From: Cetorhinus maximus
Taxonomy: Eukaryota
Assembly: GCF_964194155.1 (NCBI RefSeq)
Contig: NC_135892.1
Span: 52,328,001 to 52,392,000 of the forward strand
Reading direction: 5' to 3'
Length of the DNA stretch: 64,000 nt
The notes below the pieces were generated by a model. The model did not search any database. It was not told where the DNA came from and saw nothing but the letters and a program-made list of their open reading frames with translations. A program made the position numbers and the translations under genes. Shown here piece after piece: positions 12,790-25,392 of the stretch. Position 1 is the first letter of the stretch. Each line of letters starts with the position of its first letter.

Positions 12790-14175
12790 TTTACAACAAT
12801 AGCACCTTTAACACAGTAAAACACCCCAAGGCATGTCACAGGAGCATTAACAAGCCACATAAAGAGATATTAAGCTACATTAAGATAGATGACAAAAAAC
12901 TTGGTCAAAGAAATAGGTTTTAAGGAGCAAAGAGAGGTAGAGTAAGGACAGGTTGGGGAGGGAATTCCAGAGTTTAGAGCTTCCTGGTGGAACAATTAAA
13001 GTTAGAGATGCTCAGGAGGCCAGAATTAGATGAGCGCAGCTATCTCGGTGGTTGTTGGGCTGGAGCAGATTACAAAGATAGGGAGGGGCGAGGCCATGGT
13101 GGGATGTGAAAACAATGAAGAGGATATTAAAAGTGATTTATTTTAAAAGTTATTAATAGGAGCCAGTGTAGGTCAGCGAATACAGGGGTGATGAGCAACC
13201 AGGCATCTTAGGAGAAGGCAGAAAAGTTTTGAACAAAAACAGAATTACCTGGAAAAACTCAGCAGATGCTGCCAGACCTGCTGAGTTTTTCCAGGTAATT
13301 CTGTTTTTGTTTTGGATTTCCAGCATCCGCAGTAGTTTTTTGTTTTTATCAGAAGAGTTTTGGTTGACTTCAAGTTTACAGAGGATAGAATGTGGGAGAC
13401 CAACCAGGAGTGTGTTGGAATATTGATGTCTAGATGTACCAGAGACCATGGATGGGGGTTTCAGCAGCAGATAAGCTGAGGCAGGGGCTGAGTTGGATGA
13501 TGTTCAGAGGTGAAAATAGGCATTCTTACTGATGGAATAAATGTATGGTCAGGAACTCAGTTCATGTGCATTATGACACCAAGGTTATGAGTAATCTGCT
13601 TCAGCCTTAGACAATTGTTAGGAAGAGGGATGGACTCAATGCTAGGGAATGGGGTTTGAGGTAGGGACTGAAGTCAATAGCGTTAGTCTTCCCAACATTT
13701 GGTTGGAGTAAATCTCTGCTATTCCAGTACTGGATGGCAGACAAGCAGATAGACAATGTAGAGGCAGTGAAGGAGTTGAGAGAGGTGTTGAAGTAGAGCT
13801 GGGTGTTTACAAGAGGATGCTAATGCTGTTTTTTTGGTGGTGTCACCATAAAGCAGCATGTGGTTGACAAATATGACAAGGCCAAGGATCGAACCTCGGA
13901 GGACACCAGAAGTAACAGTACGGCAGCAGAAAGGGAAGACATTGCAGGTGATTCTTTGGCTACGTCTGAATAGATAAAAATGGAAATAGGCAAGTGCAGT
14001 CCCATCCAGCTGGATGACGATGGAGAGGCATTGGAGGAGGATGGCCAAACAATCATGTCAAAGACTGCATGCAGGTTGAGAAGGGTGAGAAGGGAAAGTT
14101 TACCTTTGTCACAGTTGACTAGGATGTTATTTGTGACTGATTGGAGGGAAACCTGAATGGAGGGATTCAAACATG
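12790..14175 (-). mobile_element. L2 LINE (RT fragment and 3' end)
   Basis: ORF 13820-14170 ...VTNNILVNCDKGKLSLLTLLNLHAVFD (L2 RT LLDLSAAFD) and SGVLRGSILG (GVPQGSILG); tail near 12790. Confidence 0.8.
13232..13349. mobile_element. Penelope terminal-repeat fold-back mini-insertion
   Basis: Inverted arms aacaaaaacagaattacctggaaaaactcagcag / ctgctgagtttttccaggtaattctgtttttgtt; 13-bp TSD cagaa(a/g)agttttg at 13219-13231 and 13350-13362. Confidence 0.8.
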
Positions 14176-14419
14176 GGACTAAATTTTCTGTTTGGGCGGG
14201 GGGAGGCGGAACGGGCGTGACCTGATCACCACCCGTGATCGGGTCCGTGCCGCCATTTTATGCGGGTGGGCCAATTAAGGCCCGCCCAGTGTAATGCCCG
14301 ACTCCTGAGGATAGTGGGAGTGGGTGGGCGGCGGCGAGAGTGCATTGTTCGCCGGGTCCAATGGTGACCTGACGGCCTGTTTATCTGAAGCGCTGGCAGA
14401 CTTTGCAGGGCTGCTCACA

Positions 14420-14758
14420 ATGGCAAGTGGAAGGGCTTCTGGTGAGCAGGCCAGTCCGGAGGGTAAGCCAGTGGAGCAGGCGAGGCTGGAGGGTAGGGCA
14501 GTGGGACAGGCCAGGCCAGAGGGTAGGGCAGGGGGCCAGTGTGCCCCTCGTTTCTTGGATGACTGCCTTGCTGCCCTCCTCGAGGAGGTGGCAGCACAGA
14601 GGGAGGTGCTGATTCCCCAGGATGGGAGGAGGAGGCCCCCCAGCATGATGAAACGTGCATGAGAGGAGGTGGCAGAGGCAGTGAGCTCCTGCGATGTGGT
14701 GCAGCGCACCTGGATCCAGTGTCGCAAGCGCTTCAATGATTTGTTGCGCCCTGGCAGG
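14420..14758 (+). pseudogene. Harbinger Myb/SANT-like protein exon 1
   Basis: APRFLDDCLAALLEEVAAQREVL...KRA*EEVAEAVSSCDVVQRTWIQCRKRFNDLLRPGR|gtgagt; TGA replaces the conserved W; N-terminus has three 30-bp repeats (EQASPEGKPV-like). Confidence 0.85.
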
Positions 14759-14829
14759 GTGAGTACCATGTCGATATTGGACATGTAACCCAATAGGTCG
14801 GCCTACCCGTCTGCTGCGCAACCCCCCCA

Positions 14830-15446
14830 CCCCCCGTCTTGATGGCCACATGTGTGCAGTCTATTGCACCCTAGACGTGGGGAAAGCCAGCAATTGCTGC
14901 GAATCCTCTGGCTCGCTGTGTCTGGCTTGCTTGGACCCAACGGAAGTGGATGAAGGTCAAAGTATGTCTGAAGAGTGTGTCTGTAAACTGCTTGACACAA
15001 GTGTGGACACCTGATTGGGAGACACCACAAAGATTACCCACCGACCCCTGGAAGGAGCCAGAGGCATAGAAGTGGAGGGCAACTGTGACCTTTAGAGCCA
15101 TTGGCATGGGGTGTCCACCCACACAGTTAGGGGAGATCTCAGGCCCAATCATCTGACAGATATAGTTGACTGTCTCCCTTGAGAGACAGAGCCTCCTTCG
15201 GCACTGCACCTCACACACATTGAGGTGGCTGCTTCACCGCCTGTATACCCTGGCAGCAGGATAGTGGCATCTTCTGCGGCCCCTTCCACCTTGGACTACC
15301 TCTCAGCCCTGCACCCTTTGTGCCAGCGCCTGACCTTCCAAAGGTGGCTCCCCTGGAGGCTGAATGTGCACTCCTGGCCTCCTCCCCCTTCTAGCCCTCC
15401 CTTCCTCCTCAGAGGAGCTGCCTCCAGTGGACAGGTCAGCTCCCAT
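14830..15446 (-). pseudogene. HARBI1-like DDE transposase, N-terminal half
   Basis: ATG at 15446 is in frame with CRRRLCLSRETV...LKVTVALHFYASGSFQ...GVSQS...GFPHV*GAIDCTHVAIK; truncated after the first catalytic Asp; two stops. Confidence 0.9.
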
Positions 15447-16042
15447 TCCCAAGCTAAGGGAAGGCTTCCTGAAACCTGCAGGCCAGGAAAAGATTACTCA
15501 CTGCAGAGTGATGACCTGAAGGTTAAGAGTCCAGAAAAAGCAGCTGGTATGCGTTTTGAAGCATTGCAGATCACACAGGCAAGTTTCAAAAACACTCAAA
15601 GATAATTGCCTGCCTGTGCACACTCACGACCCCAGTGGGTCCTCATTTCCTGCCCGTGGATGAGGTTTATACAAATGTGTCCTACCCGCCTGTCCGTTGC
15701 GTCCATGCGCCGAGCCAAAGATCGCACAGGCGCCAAAAAATCAGTGTCGATTGGCGCCTCAAGGGCCTTAAGTGGCCAGTTAATTCATGGCGGGCGCGTG
15801 TCAGACATCATCCCTTGCCCACCCAGTGAAATATCGCGATAGTGCGCAGTGACGTCGGGGAAAATTCAACCCATGGAGTTCCCTAAAAAATTGCCAACAT
15901 TATCCGTATAATGTTACTAAAAGGAATGGTAAGCCTGAGGATTGGGAGGACTTTAAAATTCAGCAGAGGCTGACCAGAAAATGTATAAATAAAGAGAAAA
16001 GAGAATATGAGAGCAAACTATCAAGAGACATCAAAACATATC

Positions 16043-17115
16043 GGCCCAAATCATCTGGTGACTGGACATAAGTTGGGAGATGTGTTTCGGAGCCCCACAG
16101 AAATCCTGATGCACACACATGTACGGAAATTGCCCAGGATGTTTAAACTTCCAATGGGCTGATTTCCACTTTGCAGGAGCCTCCATTAAAGTCTCTGACC
16201 CTGAGCTCAGTGTTAGAGACTAGGTCCAGATGCGCGGGATTTAACCGGATACCTGGAAATGTTACGCTGCTTAATACCTGGTCTAACTCAGAGATTAACC
16301 AGCCTACCTGAATTGAGCAACACAACTGACCCCTTCAATCATCCTCCCAAACTGACCTGAGCTGACTACTCGCCCCACCTGACTACTCCCCTGACCCAAT
16401 TCGACTACCCACCCACCAAGCCAGCTACCACCCCACGACCCAACTAACCACCACAACTACCCGACTAATCCCCCCATCTGACCTGACCAAACTACCTAGC
16501 CCTGATCACATGACTATCCCCAACATGACCTCACTACCCACTCACCCGTTCACCCAGTTACCTTCTCACCCACTCACTCACTCACCCATTCAACCACTCA
16601 CCCACCCATCCATCCACTCATGCATTCACCCTTTCACTCACTCAGCTTCTCACCCATTCAGCTTCTCACCAACTCACCTACTCACCCACTCATTTATTCA
16701 CCCACTTATCCACCCACCCTGTTAGCCACTCATCCACTCCCCACTCATCCACTCACTCACTCATCCACTCATCCACTTACCCACTCACTCACTCACCCAC
16801 TCACATATTCATCCATTCACCCATTTACCACTTAGTGACTCATTCATTTACAAACCCATTCACTTACTGAAAGACTTGACCTTTAAAAGCTTACCTGAAT
16901 ATGGCAGCTACCATTAGGAAAAGGGAGCATGTTCTGTCTTCATCCATCTTTTCTTACGCTCAATGTTCTCCTCTGTGGATATCTGTGCTGACCCACTGAT
17001 GCTTCAGCTGGGATCAGAAGTCCTGGCTGAAAAATTGTAAAAGGGTTGGGTTGCAGAAATCTTTGCAATAGGGTCAATGCATAGAGCATTTGATGCTGAC
17101 TGGAAGATCTGGACC
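16043..17115. mobile_element. Harbinger-like non-autonomous element with internal (CACT/CACC)n tract
   Basis: Imperfect TIRs ggcccaaatcatc / gaagatctggacc; splits a CR1; low-complexity C-rich tract at 16330-16870. Confidence 0.55.
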
Positions 17116-17346
17116 AATGTGAAAATGTCTACAGGTGTAAAGAAAAAAAGGAAGAGATTAGCAAAAGTGAGCATGGGCCCTTTAGAGACAGAGACAGGTG
17201 AAATTATAATGGGGAATAAGGAAATGACAAAGGCATTAAACAAATACTTTGGATCAATCTTCAGGTTGAAGGCACAAGAAACATTCCAAAAATAATTGGG
17301 AATTATTTAATTAATGAGAATGAGGGTCTGAAAGAAATAGTACTGT

Positions 17347-18056
17347 GGCGAGTTTGGTGTTGGGGAGGCATTTAATCAAGCAGGGGGGTGAGGGTGGGAA
17401 TCTACCACCCTCCCACCTCTGCCTCGATTATGTCCACGGCAAGAAGTTTTGTGGACAACCTTCCCAGCCGCCTGCCAATTGAGGCCCTTAAATGGGCAAT
17501 TAATGCCCACTTCAGGGCCTCATTCTTCCACTGCTAGTATTCACCCAACGGGGTGGATGGGGGACTCGCCATGCGACAAGCTCAAAAAGCAAACACTATT
17601 GGGGCTGCTTGCAGGCTTCCAGGGGCTGTCCCTCATTCAAAGGCACCTGATATCCGGAAGGGGGAGGCCCACTGACAGCCTCTCCTCCTGCCTTTACTGC
17701 TAACCCTTCTCCTCCTTCCCCCACGACCCCACTTTGTGACCCCCTTCCTGCCATGACTCTCTTATGGCCTGGATCCCTCGGCAATCCTGGGGCCTTAGAT
17801 GGTGCATTGCCGGCAGCAGCCAGCCAGTGGCTCTGCTGAGCAATGAAGAGCTGCCGGCCTCTGATTGGCCAGAAGCTTTTGGCACGTGGAACTTCCACCC
17901 ACAGGATGCTTAAGCCCAAGGAAAGCCCACCACTGCCCAGTTAGTGTCTGACTGGCACATCATACACGGGCCTTCCCAAAAAAGAGGCGACATAGGTCTC
18001 TCACCAGCTCTCCAGTGGGCAGACCAGACCCCCATTGCCTACATTAAATTCCATCC
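17347..18056. mobile_element. Harbinger-like MITE (second subfamily)
   Basis: Ends in taaattccatcc; gccaattgaggcccttaaatgggcaattaat motif; GC-rich block inside a CR1; TSD not clear. Confidence 0.55.
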
Positions 18057-18461
18057 AAAGTCAAAAATTCCCCTGGACCTGATGGCTTGTATCCTGGGGT
18101 TTTAGTTGAGGTAGCCACAGAGGTAGTGGATAGATTGGTTTTGGTCTTCCACAATTCCTTAGATTCTAAAATGGTCCCAGTGGATTAGAGGTAGCAGCTA
18201 TAACCCTGCTATTCAAGAAAAGAGAGAAAAAGCTAGGAACTATAGGCCAATTAGCTTAATGTCAGTCGTAGGAAAAGGCACAGGGCACTTTGAAAATCAC
18301 AATGTGATTAGGTAACGCCAACATGGATTTACAAAAGGGAAATCTGTTAGAGTTTAGCTTTTCCACTTTTCCTGTCAAAGTGGATAACTTCACACTTCTT
18401 CACATTATATTCCATCTGCCACAGTTTTGCCCATCCATTTACCCTGTCTAAATCCTTTTGT

Positions 18462-18900
18462 TGTAGTTCAGCTGGTAGCACATTTGCCTCTGAAGCGGAA
18501 AGTTCCAGATTCAAATCCCACTGTAGGACTTCAACCTTAAATCAGGGCTGCCACTCCAATCTAGTACAGTACTAAGGGATTGCTGCATTGTAGGAAGTAA
18601 TATCTTCTGGATGAGATGTTAACCTGAGGTCCCATCTGACCTTGCAGAAGGATGCACAAGAACTGAAGGATGCAGGAGAGTTGTCCCTGGTGCCTTGACC
18701 AATATATATCACTCAGTCGACATCACAAAACTGATTATCTGGTCATTATCACATTACAGTTTGTGAGAGCTTACTGTGTGCAAATTGAATGCTATGTTTC
18801 CTACATTACATTAGGTGACTACACTTCTAAAGCATTTCAATGGCTCTTTGAGACATCAATTGGTTAAAATAAGTTCTCTATAACTGCAAGTCTTTCTTTG
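18462..18900 (+). mobile_element. tRNA-derived Deu-domain-type SINE
   Basis: tRNA-like head gttcagctggtagcac...gattcaaatccc; body ctgattatctggtcattatcacatt...tgtgcaaattg...tttcctacattaca; similar copy at 45475-45845. Confidence 0.7.
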
Positions 18901-20463
18901 CATTCTCCAACTTACCCACCTAATTTTGTATTGTCCACCACCTTGGATACATCACACTTTGTCCACACTTTGTCCAAAGGCACTGGATCCAACAAACTGG
19001 TGACGAGAGTAAAAGCATGAAAGCCACAGATAAAAATGAGGTAAAAAGTGAGGAAGAACGAAGGAAATCAGAAGAACGGAAATTGGGCCGTACCTCGCAC
19101 GATAGCTGTAAGTTAAAGAAAATTTCCTTTTTGAGCGTCGAAGAAATCCCCTCAGAGCATGCCGCAATTTGGAAGAGTGGAGCCTTTCGATCCAACCTCA
19201 GACGACGGGTCTCACTACGTTGAACACCTCACGTTCTTCTTCGACATGAACGACATTGCGGGGGACGAGAAGAGGCGTGTGATCCTTCTGCCCACGTGTG
19301 GGAGTAAGACATATGGACTAATTCACAATCTGTCAGTGCCCAGTGCCCCAGACTTGAAAAGTTTTGATGACTTAGTGAACGGCATAAAAAGTCATTTCCA
19401 GCCGAAGCTGTCAGTGATGATGCAATGGTTCAAATTTAACTCAAGGCATGGAGCTGCACAGGAGACAGTTGCTTGTTATGTGGCGAGTCTGAAACAATTA
19501 ACTGAATGTTGCGAGTTTGGTACATCTATTAATGATATGCTTAGAGTTCATTTGATGTGCGCTATAAATGAAAATGCGATTCTGAAGAGATTGTTGGCTG
19601 AAACCAGTCTAGATTTTCAGAAGGTATTGGAAATCGCTCTTGCAATGGAAGGTGCAGTGTGAGACTCAGAAGCCATTTGAGGAGCGCAAAATGGCGTCGT
19701 CCTCCAAGTTGGGCCAGGAGCCTCAACCAAATAGAGCGCGAAAGTGCAGAGCTTTGTTCCGAGGCGGGAAGCAGCCACTGCTAGCAGACAAATTAAAAGG
19801 GAAAACTTAGCAACAAAAACATGGCATAATAGTAACAGAGATGGAAGCAGACAGCCTTGTAATGAACTACAGTTTAAAAAGATTGAATGTTTCTTCTGCC
19901 ATCGATATGGGTGCCTCATGAGACATTGTAAAGATAGAATCAGGCAGACTTTCAGACAAAAGCAAAAAGCTATTGAGATTAACAGCATTGAAAAGCCTGA
20001 TGTTATAGTTGCTGATATCTATTCATTATATAATTTAAAGATAGGAAGAATGAAGCCTATCTATGAGAGTGAATGAGAAGCCAATCAGAATGGAAGGGGA
20101 TACTGGAGCAGCCACTATGGTGATTGGTGAGCATATGTTCAAATACCTGAATCATGGAGAAAGTAAGATGAATTTACAAGAAACTGATGAAAAATTAAAA
20201 ACTTACACAGGAGAAGACATAAAGGTCAAGGGCATACATAAAGTCACAGTATACTATGGAGGTCAAACAGTGAGATTACCCTTGATGGTATTAGCAGGCA
20301 AGGGACCTAAGTCTCCTCAGATGAAAGAAATTAAATTGGAATGGACTGAAATCTTCCAACTAAGAACTTATGGGCTTTCAGAGCTACTACAAAAATATGC
20401 AAAACAAAAACAGAATTACCTGGAAAAACTCAGCAAGTCTGGCAGCATCGGCGGAGAAGAAAT

Positions 20464-20504
20464 CAGTTAACGTTTCAAGCCTTCATGGCCCTTCGGCAGA
20501 ACTG
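20464..20504 (-). ncRNA. Minimal type-I hammerhead ribozyme motif (variant core)
   Basis: Minus strand CAGUU-CUGCCGA-A-GGGCC-AUGAA-GGCUU-GAAAC-GUU-AACUG: stem I CAGUU/AACUG, stem II, minimal stem III; CUGCCGA instead of CUGANGA. Confidence 0.7.
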
Positions 20505-20876
20505 GAGCATAGTTAGAAGAAGGGAGAAATATAAATTGGTTTAAGGTGGGTGGGGGGTGGGGGGGGGGGGGGGGGACACATTGAGGGTGTGGTGTGGTGA
20601 TTGTGGAGATGAGCAGATAATCAAAAGATGTCACAGACAAAAGGGTCAAAGAGGTGTTGAAGGTGGTGGTCTTTGTCTGAGAAAAGTGCTAATTAAGAAT
20701 GGAAGACAGGATATTCAAAGTACAGCTCTAGTGGGGGTGGGGTGGAAAGACTAAAGGTTTTAGTTTTAGATTTAAAAATAATGGAAATAGGTGGGAAAAG
20801 AAGAATCTATATAAATTATTGAAAAAAAAGCGGGGGGGGGGGAAAGAAACGGGGTGGGGATGGGGGGAGGGGGAGT

Positions 20877-21293
20877 TTAAGATCTAAAGTTGTTGAATTC
20901 AATATTCAGCCCGGAGGGCTGTAAAGTGCCTAGTCGGAAGATGAGGTGCTGTTCCTCCAGTTTGCGTTGGGCTTCACTGGAACAATGCAGCAAGCCAAGG
21001 ACAGACATGTTGGCAAGAGAACAGGGTGGAATGTTAAAATGGCAAGTGACAGGGAGGTTTGGGTCTTTATTGCGGACAGACCGCAGGTGTTCTGCAAAGC
21101 GGTCGCCCAGTTTGCGTTTGGTCTCTCCAATGTAGAGGAGACCGCATTGGGAGCAACGAATGCAGTAGACTAAGTTAGGGGAAATGCAAGTGAAATGCTG
21201 CTTCACTTGAAAGGAGTGTTTGGGCCCTTGGACGGTGAGGAGAGAGGAAGTGAAGGGGCAGGTGTTGCATCTTCTGCGTGGGCATGGGGAGGC
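20877..21293 (-). CDS. Penelope GIY-YIG endonuclease domain (uninterrupted but 5'-truncated)
   Basis: PCPRRRCNTC...FTCISPNLVYCIRCSQCGLLYIGETKRKLGDRFAEH...RKLEEQHLIFRLGTLQPSGLN. Confidence 0.9.
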   Translation of the reverse strand, partial: ASPCPRRRCNTCPFTSSLLTVQGPKHSFQVKQHFTCISPNLVYCIRCSQCGLLYIGETKRKLGDRFAEHLRSVRNKDPNLPVTCHFNIPPCSLANMSVLGLLHCSSEAQRKLEEQHLIFRLGTLQPSGLNIEFNNFRS

Positions 21294-24200
21294 ACAAAAA
21301 TATGCCTCAGTTTTCAAGGAAGAACTTGGAAAATTTAAAGGGCTACAAGCAAACATTCATGGAGGCCCAGAGGCAACGCCAAGATTCATGAAGGTCAGGC
21401 CAGTACCTTATGCAATGAGGGATAAGGTAAATGCCCGAACTGGACAGATTAGAGAAACTGTGAGTGATACAACCAGTATAATGTTCAGATTGGGCAGCTC
21501 CAATTGTACCTGTTCTCAAACCTGACCAAAGCATTAGAATATGTGGGGACTACAAATTAACAGTTAATGAAGTGGCAAAATTGGACATACACCCCATACC
21601 TAAAAGAGAAGATTTATATGCTAAACTGACAGGTGGAAAGGCATACATGAAGTTAGATTTGAGTCATGCCTACCAGCAATTGGAATTAGAGAAGGCATCC
21701 TGGAAGCTTGTCACCATAAATACACTTAAGGGACTGGACCTATACACCCATTTACCATTTGGCATATCTTCTACTTGCGCCATATTCCAAGGACACATGG
21801 AAAGTTTACTACAGGGACTGCCCCGTGTTCAAGTTTATTTGGATGACGTTCTTGTATCTGGACTCACTGAAAAGGAACATTTGACAAACTAGGAACAAGT
21901 TCTGAAATGTTTTTCTCAGGTTGGAGTGAGACTGAAAAAGGAAAAGTGCACATTCCAGGTGAAAGAGGTAACTTACCTAGGCCACAAGGTAGATTCACAA
22001 GGCCTACATCCAGTTGAAGAAAAAGTGAAAGCCATTAGAGAAGCCCCAGCACCAAGGAATACATCCGAACTGAAATCAGTAATAGATCAATTACTATGGA
22101 CATTTCTTGCCTAATTTGTCGACAGAACTGGCACCCCTGTATTACTTGTTCAAGAAAAATCAGAGATTGTCCTGGCAAACGCCACAAGAAGAAGCTTAAA
22201 AGTTGTTATAGTCATCTATACTTCTAGTACATTTTGATCCAAAAAAAGAGTTGACATTAACGTGTGACGCTTCATCTTATGGAGTGGGAGCAGTGCTTTC
22301 CCATCGAATGGATGATGGATCAGAATGACCTATAGGATATGTCAAGAACACTTAGCACTGCAGAGAAAAAGTACTCACAAATTGAAGAAGAAGGCCTGGC
22401 AATCATTTTTGGTGTTAAAAAGTTTCACCAATGGTTGTCATTTTACTATCATAACAGACCACAAGCCGTTATTAGGACTATTTGGTGAAAACAGAGCTAT
22501 ACCTCCTATAGCCTCAGCAAGAGTACAAAGATGGGTGTTGATCTTGGCAGCGTATGAATCTATTTTTATTCAGAGACCTGGAAGTCAAATTGCAAACACA
22601 AATGCACTCAGTCGTTTACCCTTGCAAGTAAAAGCTGAGGATGTTCCAATTCCTCAGGAATATGTCTTGTTGTTGAACTTCCTGGACTCATCACCGATTT
22701 GTGCAAAACAAATTAAAGATTGGACGGACCGAGACCTAGTCTTATCCAAAGTAAGAAATCAATTTCTTTATGGTTAGTCACAAACTCAAGAATCTGATGA
22801 AATGAAACCATATTTCCAGAGAAGATACGAGATAACTTGCCAAGAAGGTATCTTATTGTGGGGGGCTCATATGATTGTTCCTCCAAAAGGACGAAAGCCC
22901 CATTGTTATCTGAACTTCACAGTGCACATCCCGGAATTTCCTAAATGAAGGCAATAGCACACAGCTATATGTGGTGGCTGGGAATGGATGGAGAAATAGA
23001 AAGCTTAGTCAGAGGTTGTGTGCAATGTCAACAAGTACAAAAATTACCTGCAACAGCCCTGTTCCCCTGGGAATGGCCAGAAAGACTATGGGTATGAGTA
23101 CACATCGACTATGTGGGGCCTTTTATGGGAACAATGTTTCTACTTGTCACTGACGCTCATTCAAAATGGATGGACATATACGAAGTGAGGTCACCCACAT
23201 CTTCCACTACAACAGACAAGCCAGACAGAGCTTTGCTATAAATGGATTAGCTGAAGTGCTAGTATCAGATAATGGAATAGTATTCACAAGTGCTGAATTT
23301 AACCGATTTACAAGTCTCAATGGCATTGTTCATGTGAAAACATCTCCTTAATACTCTTCTTCAAACGGACTTGCTGAGAGAGCAGTTCAGATGTTCAAAT
23401 TTGGTATGAAGAAATTATCTGGAGATTTGTTAGTGACTAAATTAGTACAATTTCTTTTCCATTAAAGAACCATCCCTCGTTCGACAACAAATGTTACACC
23501 TGCGGAATTGTTGATTAAGCATCGTCTCCAATCGAGAGTGAGCCTAATTATGCCAAACATGGGGGGAAGGTAGAAAGAAGGCAGGAAAGTCAGAAAATTG
23601 GACACGATTGTCACAGCCGGGACAGAACATTTAATGTAGGAGAGAAAGTATTTGTGAAAAATTTTAGCAAAGGACCAGCATGGTTGTTCGGTGAAATAAG
23701 TTCCGTAATGGGAACTCTTTCCTACCACATGAAAGTCGAAGATCGAGTAATAAGGAGACATGAGGATCACATACAAAGAGGAGAAGCCAAACATCCAAAA
23801 ATCATTCCACAAGCGTTCGAGACTGAATCAACATCTCCTGTTGAAAGAATTCAACCAAGTACAAATGTATTTGAAGGGCTGACTGTACCTGAAAGAGTCA
23901 AAGAAACAAATTTACAGGTACCTGTTATAGAATCTGAAGCTCAGACAACTTCAGTAAGGGAGATTCCAAAGCAAACTTCAGAAGCTGTAGAGCTGAGATG
24001 TTCTACAGGCATAAGGAAACGCCCAGAGAGACTGACTTTTTAAATAATTGATCTGTGTAAATAACTTGATATATTGAAAAATTGTATTTTTCAGTAAAGG
24101 GGGAGGGATGTAATAATCTGATATGTAATATACCTTTAAGATAAGTAGTGTAATGTGAGGTCACATGATCTTAATATCCAATAGCAGAGTAGTGTGGGCT

Positions 24201-24425
24201 ACCTTTTTGTGGGAGAGTCTTGAGTTAATCACTGATGAGTGAAGTCAGAGTTTTATGTTGTGAGCACACAAGTGTAGCTGCTGAGTTAGTTTGTAAATAA
24301 ACAGTGTGTTTATTCTAACAATGATCTCCGGATGTTTTCTGTCTCTGTACCAACTCAGTCACCCCGAAACAAGTGTGCAGCCCAGACCCTTTAGCCGCAA
24401 CAAACCAAGGGCACTGGTTCCAACA

Positions 24426-24645
24426 CCCTTCAAGCCACACACAATCCTGACTTGGAACGATATTGCCATTCCTTCACTGCCATTAGTTCAAACACCTGGA
24501 ACTCCCTCCCTAACAGCACTGGGGGTGTACCTACACTATATGGATTGCTGCGGTTCAGAATGGCAGCTCACCACCACTTTCTTAAGGGCAATTAGCAACA
24601 AATGCTGGCTTAGCTGGTGATGCCCACATCTCGTGAATGAATAAA
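24426..24645 (+). mobile_element. LINE 3' end (same tail as the tRNA-headed SINE/LINE)
   Basis: catcctgacttggaa-like ...gcagctcaccaccac...gggcaattagc...aaatgctggc...gcccacatc..gtgaatgaataaaaa. Confidence 0.75.
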
Positions 24646-25392
24646 AAATTATATTGTGTCTTTCACAATTACCAGACATCTCAAAGGACTTTACAATCAT
24701 TGAAATACATTGACCTCTTTCTGCAGATATAGACGTGCAGGGTCTACTGAATGGGCATGAAGAAGCTGTCATGTAGTCTGAACTTCCTAGCTGTGGCTTT
24801 CCATGGCTTTGTCATCTGTGGCTCAGTTGGTAGCACCCGCTCTTTTGAGTCAGAAGGCTTACTGTAGCACTTGAGCACACAAGTCAAGGCTGAAGTGTAG
24901 CCTGAAAGGTTTAACCCTGCAGGCTACTGGTCAGTGAAAGTGGTGAGGTAGTGGGGGGGGGGAGGGGCGCGGGTGCATGGATCCTCCTTCTCAGGCACTC
25001 GTGGCAGTTGGAGGCACTTTCTCCCACAGTTTTTCCTCCCTTGCCCATCCTGCCCCTCCCACCCTGTCCAACTTGTCCTCTAACTACTGGCTCCATTGCT
25101 GAATAACACCTCCTTGGCCTACCTGCAGTACCAACAGTGGCCACAGCTCCTGCTTGGCACTGCAGGTGTGCAGAGCTGCCAGCCTCCGATTGGCCAGCAG
25201 CACTATGAGATGGGACAATCTCCTGTGATGGACAGAAGTCTCGCCTCATACTAATTAAAAAGCCATTGCCTGAAAAAATAAAGTGGGGCGAGCCAGCTAA
25301 GAGGAGGTGAGCCCTAAAATTTACGCTGGGGTGCGGGGAACCTGCTCTCAAAATGAAATGCAGTCCATAATCTCACTCATCAGCGAGCCAGC

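Larger units (their letters stand above)
14176..15872. mobile_element. Internally deleted PIF/Harbinger transposon (convergent Myb and transposase genes)
   Basis: TIRs ggactaaattttc / gaaaattcaaccc, TSD ATG; Myb on +, HARBI1-like transposase on -. Confidence 0.9.
15900..18350 (+). mobile_element. CR1 LINE fragments interrupted by MITEs
   Basis: KRLAKVSMGPLETETGEIIMGNKEMTKALNKYF and ggaactataggccaattagc (GNYRPISL) CR1 ORF2 motifs. Confidence 0.75.
20401..21293 (-). mobile_element. 5'-truncated Penelope-like element inserted in Gypsy pol
   Basis: 12-bp TSD acaaaaatatgc at 20389-20400 and 21294-21305; GIY-YIG ORF and terminal repeat. Confidence 0.92.
18974..24425 (+). mobile_element. Degenerate Ty3/Gypsy LTR retrotransposon
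   Basis: 5' LTR stub ccaaaggcactggatccaaca, PBS tggtgacgag (18998), gag 19159-, protease DTGA, RT YLDD (21572-21892), RNase H TDHKPL, integrase HPG/CxxC/SDNG, PPT aaagggggaggga 24096-24108, 3' LTR 24109-24425 ending ccaagggcactggttccaaca. Confidence 0.95.

Noticed and set aside
13153-13449. Same peptide (NKNRITWKNSA) encoded on both strands
   Set aside because: Artefact of the Penelope inverted repeat.
16510-16835. His/Pro/Thr-rich ORFs
   Set aside because: Translation of a degenerate CACT/CACC microsatellite.
20545-20580. G-run / G-quadruplex candidate
   Set aside because: Part of the Penelope 3' region homopolymer tracts; length may be unreliable and there is no independent evidence of function.
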